From: Desulfobacterales bacterium
Lineage (GTDB): Bacteria > Desulfobacterota > Desulfobacteria > Desulfobacterales > UBA2245
Assembly (NCBI GenBank): GCA_040771865.1
Contig: JAXGZF010000007.1
Coordinates: 1 to 64,000, forward strand
Length of the DNA stretch: 64,000 nt
Reading direction: 5' to 3'
Within the stretch, counting starts at the first letter, position 1. The number at the start of each line of letters is the position of its first letter. Positions 58,438 through 64,000 of this stretch are shown piece after piece. Made by a program: the position numbers and the translations under genes. The notes under the pieces are model-generated. The model saw only the letters and a list, made by a program, of their open reading frames with translations. It did no database searches and was not told where the DNA came from.

Positions 58438-60690
58438 TTAACGCCCCCAGCGACGTCCATCGGTCGGAACAGGCGACTCTCTCCCGCCCTGTCCCGCCGG
58501 ATCATCCATGCGCTCCGATCTCGACCGTTCAGGCTGCGCGGATCTGGACGGAGCTACACGCTCCGGTCTTGACGCTTCAGGCTGCGACGGCCTGACAGGC
58601 GCCATCCGCTCCGATCTCGGTTGCACGGGCTGCGCGGGCCTCGCAGGTTCCACACGTTCCGGTCTTACCTGCTGGGTCTGCGCCGGTCTGGCTGGTTCAA
58701 CACGATCCGGCCTTGACGCTTCAGGCTGCGACGGCCTGACAGGCGCCATCCGCTCCGATCTCGGTTGCGCGGGCTGCGCGGGCCTGGCCGGTTCCACCCG
58801 TTCCGGTCTTACCTGCTGGGTCTGCACCGGTCTGGCTGGTTCAACACGATCCGGCCTTGACGCTTCAGGCGGCGACGGCCTGACAGGCGCCATCCGCTCC
58901 GATCTCGGTTGCACGGGTTGTACCGGCATAGCCGGTGTCACGCGCCCAGGACTCGCCTGCCGAGGCTGCGAGGGTCTGGACGGTTCAATACGCTCCGATC
59001 TCGGTTGCGCGGGTTGTGCCGGCATAGCCGGTGTCACGCGCTCAGGTCTCGGCTGTTCAGGCTGGACAGGCCTCGCCGGTTCCACACGATCCGAATCGGG
59101 CCGGATTCTCTCCGCAGACGGTCCACCGCTCCTGATCTCCCGCTGCTGAAGTTTTATTTCCGATTTCGGCCGATTCACCTCATCGGTCGGCACAATATAA
59201 TTCGTGCTCCTGGGCGGCTGGATCCTCGCCTCGCGGTTGAAACTGCCCTGCCTGATATTCTTCGCCTGTTCCTGAACCGTGGCGGCGTTCTCTCTCCTGC
59301 CGGGCTGAAACATTGTCTGATTGTGCTCGATTCGGCGAAGCACAGTGTTGTGGGGCTTTTCTCTGACCTCGACGTTGGTGAAGTTGTGCCGCTGCCTGAT
59401 CGTCGTGTAATTGTTGATCACGGTATTATTGACGACCGGCGCTCCACGGAAGTTGTTGATGATGGCGGGGCGGCTCATGTGGACCCGAACATCCCTGTAG
59501 TTGTTCACGCGGCAGAAATGATTCTGGTTAATCAGGACGGCATGGTTCGCATAAGCATAATTCCGAATACTGATATGATGCGGAATGTCCCGGCCGGTGA
59601 TGACCACCGCATGACGGCCTCCCCAGTGGCGGTGGCTGTAGTAAATCTCGTGCGGCGCCAGAGGCACCCATCCCACGTAAAGACCGCTGTAAATCCATGA
59701 AACCCTTCCCGGGCACCAGAAATAACCGATGTCGAGAAGCGGAAGGCCCACATGCAGGCTGACCACGGGCGGGGCCCAGTACCAGTAGTTCCTTGCGTAC
59801 ACCCAGTTGCCGTAATGGTGGGTGAGATATCCGAAAGGTTCGGCCGGAATCCAGCACTGATCTCCATACCAGTAGGTCCAGCGGCCCACGGTAAACGGAG
59901 ACCATCCTGCGACCACCGTGGTTGGACGCCAGAACCAGCGCGGCTGGCCCTCATAAATGACGCTTTCCCATACTCCGTTCTCCTCAAGGGCATACGCCTC
60001 GTCCCAGAGGTTGCGCGGCAGATACTCAACCGAGCGCCCTCTCACCGCGGTCTTTGACTCCCAGAAACTATCACGGGCGCTGTTCCACCGGTCCCAGTCG
60101 GGATCAACGCCGCCATCGCCCGAAGATACCTGAATCTGATCCGCCAGAATTGACGGAGCGCCCTTCGAAATCTCGTACCGGGCACTGGTTGTCCTGTGAA
60201 CGAAACTCACCTTTCCTTTCACCGCAACCACTTCGACGGAATTTTCGCCCACGTAAAAATCGAAGACCGCCCCGGAACCGGCCAGAACATACCCGAAGGG
60301 ACATGTCGCCTTGATCACCGTATCGGCGCCTTTATTATAGAAACGGGCCATACCCGAGGCCACGTCTATTTCGGAAAGGTCCGCCTCCAGAGCGATGACC
60401 TGAATCTGAGTGCTGTTTCCAACCCGAATCCAGGTTCCGTTTGGAACGATCAGCTCTCCCATCGTCCCTGTGCCTGAAAAGAGCGCATCCCCCGTCCCGA
60501 AAGGAGCGTCCCTGACCACGGCCACCCAGTCGTTCACATCGGGAACGTAACGGAGAAGGTCGCCTTCGATCTGATAAACACGGCCCACCACAACACCCGG
60601 CGCGTCCGCCGCCGAGGATGGCGGAATCGCTGCCGCAGCCGCGGCAAACAAATATGCCAGCAACCCGATCATCCATGTGGTTTTTTTCAT
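58438..60690 (-). CDS. Secreted FecR-like/DUF6600-like protein with Pro-rich repeat tail
   Basis: Signal peptide, FecR-like N-terminus, Trp/Tyr-rich region (GWSPFTVGRW...PFGYLTHHYGNW...VGWVPLAP.E), Pro/Arg/Gln tail. Confidence 0.8.
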   Translation of the reverse strand: MKKTTWMIGLLAYLFAAAAAAIPPSSAADAPGVVVGRVYQIEGDLLRYVPDVNDWVAVVRDAPFGTGDALFSGTGTMGELIVPNGTWIRVGNSTQIQVIALEADLSEIDVASGMARFYNKGADTVIKATCPFGYVLAGSGAVFDFYVGENSVEVVAVKGKVSFVHRTTSARYEISKGAPSILADQIQVSSGDGGVDPDWDRWNSARDSFWESKTAVRGRSVEYLPRNLWDEAYALEENGVWESVIYEGQPRWFWRPTTVVAGWSPFTVGRWTYWYGDQCWIPAEPFGYLTHHYGNWVYARNYWYWAPPVVSLHVGLPLLDIGYFWCPGRVSWIYSGLYVGWVPLAPHEIYYSHRHWGGRHAVVITGRDIPHHISIRNYAYANHAVLINQNHFCRVNNYRDVRVHMSRPAIINNFRGAPVVNNTVINNYTTIRQRHNFTNVEVREKPHNTVLRRIEHNQTMFQPGRRENAATVQEQAKNIRQGSFNREARIQPPRSTNYIVPTDEVNRPKSEIKLQQREIRSGGPSAERIRPDSDRVEPARPVQPEQPRPERVTPAMPAQPAQPRSERIEPSRPSQPRQASPGRVTPAMPVQPVQPRSERMAPVRPSPPEASRPDRVEPARPVQTQQVRPERVEPARPAQPAQPRSERMAPVRPSQPEASRPDRVEPARPAQTQQVRPERVEPARPAQPVQPRSERMAPVRPSQPEASRPERVAPSRSAQPERSRSERMDDPAGQGGRESPVPTDGRRWGR
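58505..59100 (-). repeat. Coding tandem repeat: about 12 x 48-bp (16-aa) units with a 144-bp higher-order period
   Basis: GACGCTTCAGGC recurs at 58571, 58715 and 58859; units RSERMAPVRPSQPEAS / RPDRVEPARPAQTQQV / RPERVEPARPAQPVQP. Confidence 0.92.
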
Positions 60691-61236
60691 CCGCGTCACC
60701 TGCTTTCTGACCGCCTGTCGTTTCGAACCACAGCGCAATTCTATTTTACGGTCTCTCTTATATGCTCGTATGGCGGTTCATGTTTTTAAGATGTGAATAT
60801 CGCCCATCTGCATTCCCGGAAAAAACCACGCGCCGCATTTCAACGCGCACAGCACAGCCTGGAATCAGACGCGGGCTGAACCCGGAATTCCGTTTCCGAT
60901 GATCCGGCACGGTTTGGGTTTTTCGGTAACAAATCATACGTTTAAATTAAGACTGCAGATAAAAAATAGCAAGAGCAGGAGAAGAAAGGAGATATCCCCC
61001 CTCATGAACGTCAAAATATTGGCAGCCATTCCTTCGACAGCGTTGTCAAGACGAAGTTTTTGACGACCACATGAAAGCAATCCAAGCCCTGATCATAAAA
61101 GAGCAGTTGAGCAAGGCCAAAGAAAAGGATCGGCAAGGATATGGCATCTCGTACAAACCTTGCGCCTGCGCATCATGGCAAAAGATATCGCATTGACAGC
61201 CTTCGCATGGTTAATTTCTGGAGAAATGAAATGAAG

Positions 61237-61252
61237 TGGCACCGATATTGCT
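61237..61252 (+). promoter_or_regulatory. Sigma-54 (-24/-12) promoter
   Basis: TGGCAC-CGATA-TTGCT, an exact TGGCAC-N5-TTGC(A/T) match about 125 nt upstream of rfbF. Confidence 0.75.
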
Positions 61253-61375
61253 GAATTAACAGTTGTTGATTTTTCTGAATGCAGCCAGCAGCAAATGCTG
61301 TGTCCAGCGTCTTTTGTTCATGCCTGACAATAAATGGGTTTGTTGACTTTCACAGAGGAGGTGAAATTAATTTTC

Positions 61376-62155
61376 ATGAAAGTCGTTATATTTGCAGGTG
61401 GTATTGGGACTCGTATTTCAGAGGAGTCTTGTCTTAAACCAAAGCCCATGATTGAAATCGGCGAAAAGCCCATCCTGTGGCACCTCATGAAAATCTTTGA
61501 AGCGCAGGGCTTCAATGATTTCATTATCTGCGTCGGCTATAAAAGTTTCATGATCAAGGAATACTTCCTTAATTATTACGTTTATAATTCGGATGTCACC
61601 GTCAATCTTCTGACAAACAGCTTCGAGGTTCACCGGTCCAACACGGAAAAATTCCGCGTCACGCTTGTGGACACAGGGGTGAAAACCCAAACTGCGGGCC
61701 GTCTAAAGCGTGCTCAACATTACATCGGCAATGAGGAATTCATGTTGACCTATGGCGACGGGCTCGCCAACGTTAACCTGAGGGAGCTGATCGCCTACCA
61801 TCATGAACACGGGAAAATCGCCACCGTCACTGCCGTTCAGCCGGCCGGACGCTTTGGCCTCCTTGGCATCGAAGATGATGCGCTTGTATCAAATTTTAAA
61901 GAAAAACCGATGGGGGACGGCGGCTGGATCAACGGCGGTTTCTTTGTTTTGAAACCGGATATATTCGACTATCTGCCGGAAAATTCCGACAGCCTTATGT
62001 GGGAGGATGACCCGCTGGAGAAACTGTCCCAAGATAATCAGTTGATGGCTTATAAACATCACGGGTTCTGGCAATGCATGGACGCCATGCGTGATAAACA
62101 AATCCTCGAACATCTCTGGAACTCTGGACTGGCAAAATGGAAGATCTGGGAATAA
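61376..62155 (+). CDS. rfbF: Glucose-1-phosphate cytidylyltransferase
   Basis: VIFAGGIGTRISEE..LKPKPM, TAGRL, TYGDG, WINGGFFV, GFWQCMD. Confidence 0.95.
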   Translation: MKVVIFAGGIGTRISEESCLKPKPMIEIGEKPILWHLMKIFEAQGFNDFIICVGYKSFMIKEYFLNYYVYNSDVTVNLLTNSFEVHRSNTEKFRVTLVDTGVKTQTAGRLKRAQHYIGNEEFMLTYGDGLANVNLRELIAYHHEHGKIATVTAVQPAGRFGLLGIEDDALVSNFKEKPMGDGGWINGGFFVLKPDIFDYLPENSDSLMWEDDPLEKLSQDNQLMAYKHHGFWQCMDAMRDKQILEHLWNSGLAKWKIWE

Positions 62156-62169
62156 CCATCGGATAGACT

Positions 62170-63261
62170 ATGTTTGAGAACATTTATCAAAAAAAGAAAG
62201 TTCTTATTACAGGGCACACAGGATTCAAAGGATCCTGGCTAGCCCTGTGGCTTTCACAAATGGGTGCAACGATTACCGGGTATTCCCTGCAACCGCCAAC
62301 CAACCCCAACCATTTTCAACTACTCGACCTCAAGATCAACTCCGTAACTGGCGATCTTCGCGATGCGGATAGGCTCAAAAAGGTCTTCAGGGAACAACAG
62401 CCGGAGATTGTATTTCATCTGGCCGCACAAGCTATTGTGAGACTTTCCTATAAAGACCCGATGGCAACCTTGACCAGCAACATCATGGGAACTGTCAATG
62501 TGCTTGAAGCGTCCCGATCCTGCAGAACGGTGCGCGCCATTGTCAATGTAACGAGCGATAAATGTTATGAAAACCATGAATGGCCCTGGGGGTACCGGGA
62601 AATCGATCCCTTGGGCGGATACGACCCATACAGCGCCTCGAAAGGTTGTGCAGAACTGGTTACAAGTTGCTGGCGCAACTCATTTTTTAATCCAAAAGAT
62701 TATGGCAACACCCACCGGACGCTTATGGTCAGCGCCCGCGCCGGCAATGTCATCGGCGGAGGCGACTGGGCGTCCGACCGTCTGATTCCGGACGTCATAC
62801 GCGCCGTCCATCGGAATCAAAAGGTCAAGATTCGCGATCCGCAGGCTACCCGCCCTTGGCAGCACGTCCTTGAACCCTTAAGCGGGTATTTACTCCTCGG
62901 CCAAAAACTTCTGGAAGGACGAAAAGAATTTTCCGAAGCCTGGAACTTCGGGCCTTCCGATGAAGAATACTTTTCGGTCAGCGAGATTGTCGATCAGATG
63001 AAAAAGGTTTGGCCAAAAATTGATTACGAAATAAATCAAACACCCGATCAGCCTCATGAAGCAGGCCTGCTCAGACTCGACTGCTCCAAAGCCCGGACAA
63101 AATTAAAATGGATGCCGGTCTGGACAGGCAGCAACGCCGTTGAGAAGACCGCTCAATGGTATAGAGCTTATTATGAATCCAACAGCATCCAAAGTATTAA
63201 AAATCTCAAGTGTTATATTGCCGATGCGCAAAGCAAACATATCGCGTGGGCTGAAACATGA
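62170..63261 (+). CDS. rfbG: CDP-glucose 4,6-dehydratase
   Basis: ITGHTGFKGSWL, TSDKCY, DPYSASK, RAGNVIGGGDW, RPWQHVLEPL. Confidence 0.96.
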   Translation: MFENIYQKKKVLITGHTGFKGSWLALWLSQMGATITGYSLQPPTNPNHFQLLDLKINSVTGDLRDADRLKKVFREQQPEIVFHLAAQAIVRLSYKDPMATLTSNIMGTVNVLEASRSCRTVRAIVNVTSDKCYENHEWPWGYREIDPLGGYDPYSASKGCAELVTSCWRNSFFNPKDYGNTHRTLMVSARAGNVIGGGDWASDRLIPDVIRAVHRNQKVKIRDPQATRPWQHVLEPLSGYLLLGQKLLEGRKEFSEAWNFGPSDEEYFSVSEIVDQMKKVWPKIDYEINQTPDQPHEAGLLRLDCSKARTKLKWMPVWTGSNAVEKTAQWYRAYYESNSIQSIKNLKCYIADAQSKHIAWAET

Positions 63262-63809
63262 AATTCACGGAAATCCAACTCAAGGGCGCCTTTGTCATCA
63301 CGCCTGATCTCCTTGAAGACGAGCGGGGTTTCTTTGCCCGCACGTTTTGCCGCCGTGAATTTGAAAAACAGGGGCTGAATCCCAATCTGGTTCAATGCAA
63401 CATCTCCTTTAACAAAGCAAAAGGAACTCTGCGCGGGATGCACTATCAAATCCATCCGTATGCCGAAGTCAAACTGGTCCGCTGCTCGGCGGGTGTAGTT
63501 TACGATGTCATAATCGACCTGCGCTTGGGATCGCCGACATTTATGCAGTGGTCGGCATTGGAGTTGTCGGCAGAAAACCACAAATTGCTTTACATTCCTG
63601 AAGGTTTCGCCCACGGGTTCCAGACACTCGCAGATAACACCGAACTGATCTATCAGCACTCCACATTTCACAGCCCAGGACACGAAAAAGGCATACGATT
63701 CGATGATCCGGCTCTGAACATTGCATGGCCGTTGCCCGTCAGCATGATTTCTCCAAAGGATCAACACTATTCTCTAATTAACTGTGCCTTCAAGGGAATG
63801 AATACATGA
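63258..63809 (+). CDS. rfbC: NDP-4-keto-6-deoxyhexose 3,5-epimerase (RmlC family)
   Basis: DERGFF, GTLRGMHYQ, DLR.GSPT, IPEGFAHGFQTL. Confidence 0.92.
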   Translation: MKFTEIQLKGAFVITPDLLEDERGFFARTFCRREFEKQGLNPNLVQCNISFNKAKGTLRGMHYQIHPYAEVKLVRCSAGVVYDVIIDLRLGSPTFMQWSALELSAENHKLLYIPEGFAHGFQTLADNTELIYQHSTFHSPGHEKGIRFDDPALNIAWPLPVSMISPKDQHYSLINCAFKGMNT

Positions 63810-64000
63810 ACTGCCGTTTCTGCGGGGGAAAATTGACCCACCAGTTTCTTGACTTGGGAACTGCGCCGCCTTCAAATGCCTATCTCAGCCATGAGGACCT
63901 GCGCAAGCCGGAGTTGCATTTCCCCCTGAGATTGCTTGTATGCCATCGCTGCTGGCTGGTGCAGACGGAAGATTACGCGCGGGCCGAAGCACTCTTTCAT
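63806..64000 (+). CDS. NDP-hexose C-methyltransferase, N-terminal Zn-binding part (runs off the window)
   Basis: Translated by hand: MNCRFCGGKLTHQFLDLGTAPPSNAYL...FPLRLLVCHRCWLVQ; ATGA overlap with the rfbC stop. Confidence 0.85.
   Translation, partial: MNCRFCGGKLTHQFLDLGTAPPSNAYLSHEDLRKPELHFPLRLLVCHRCWLVQTEDYARAEALFH

Noticed and set aside
58505..59100. Possible CRISPR array
   Set aside because: The units are contiguous, in-frame and degenerate, with no unique spacers; no cas genes.
58508..59149. Cys/Gly-rich repeat ORF that looks like a multi-core RiPP precursor
   Set aside because: It is the antisense reading of the Pro-rich repeat in 58438-60690; no RBS or modifying enzymes nearby.

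Overview
GC-rich bacterial window; gene content and order point to a Desulfobacterales-like deltaproteobacterium (inference). (1) 1-14.9 kb, all on the + strand: the 3' end of an upstream gene, then a modification cassette, then an ABC-less type I-like export module. The cassette encodes DUF3467 fused to two tandem domains resembling ABBA/cyanobactin-F prenyltransferases, a radical SAM enzyme, a third possible prenyltransferase-barrel protein, an IPP isomerase-methyltransferase fusion and a stand-alone DUF3467. The export module encodes GAF-HlyD, a PqqD-like/M50 peptidase/HlyD protein, a SecA_DEAD ATPase, an RND adaptor and TolC. This is the best candidate for an undescribed system: prenylation/methylation tailoring coupled to export of a probably very large protein. 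(2) 15-28.7 kb: accessory genes (M24 peptidase, MscS, rhomboid, RRM, K+ channel, GIDE-like/EF-hand protein + LemA, AT-rich TIR protein, MFS, TerC/DUF475, orphan FimT) and three copies of a small palindromic repeat. (3) 28.9-48.4 kb: housekeeping (purQ, purL, rseP, dxr, cdsA, uppS, frr, pyrH, tsf, rpsB, prmC, prfA, rpmE, rho, coaE, tRNA nucleotidyltransferase, adk, rpsU, folC). (4) 48.4-57.4 kb: BirA-controlled biotin operon with an embedded fatty-acid-synthase cassette. (5) 57.4-64 kb: rRNA methyltransferase, FecR/DUF6600-like protein with 16-aa repeats, and the start of a sigma54-preceded CDP-sugar operon. All family calls come from motif recognition by eye; no searches were run. No CRISPR array, tRNA, rRNA or transposase was seen.
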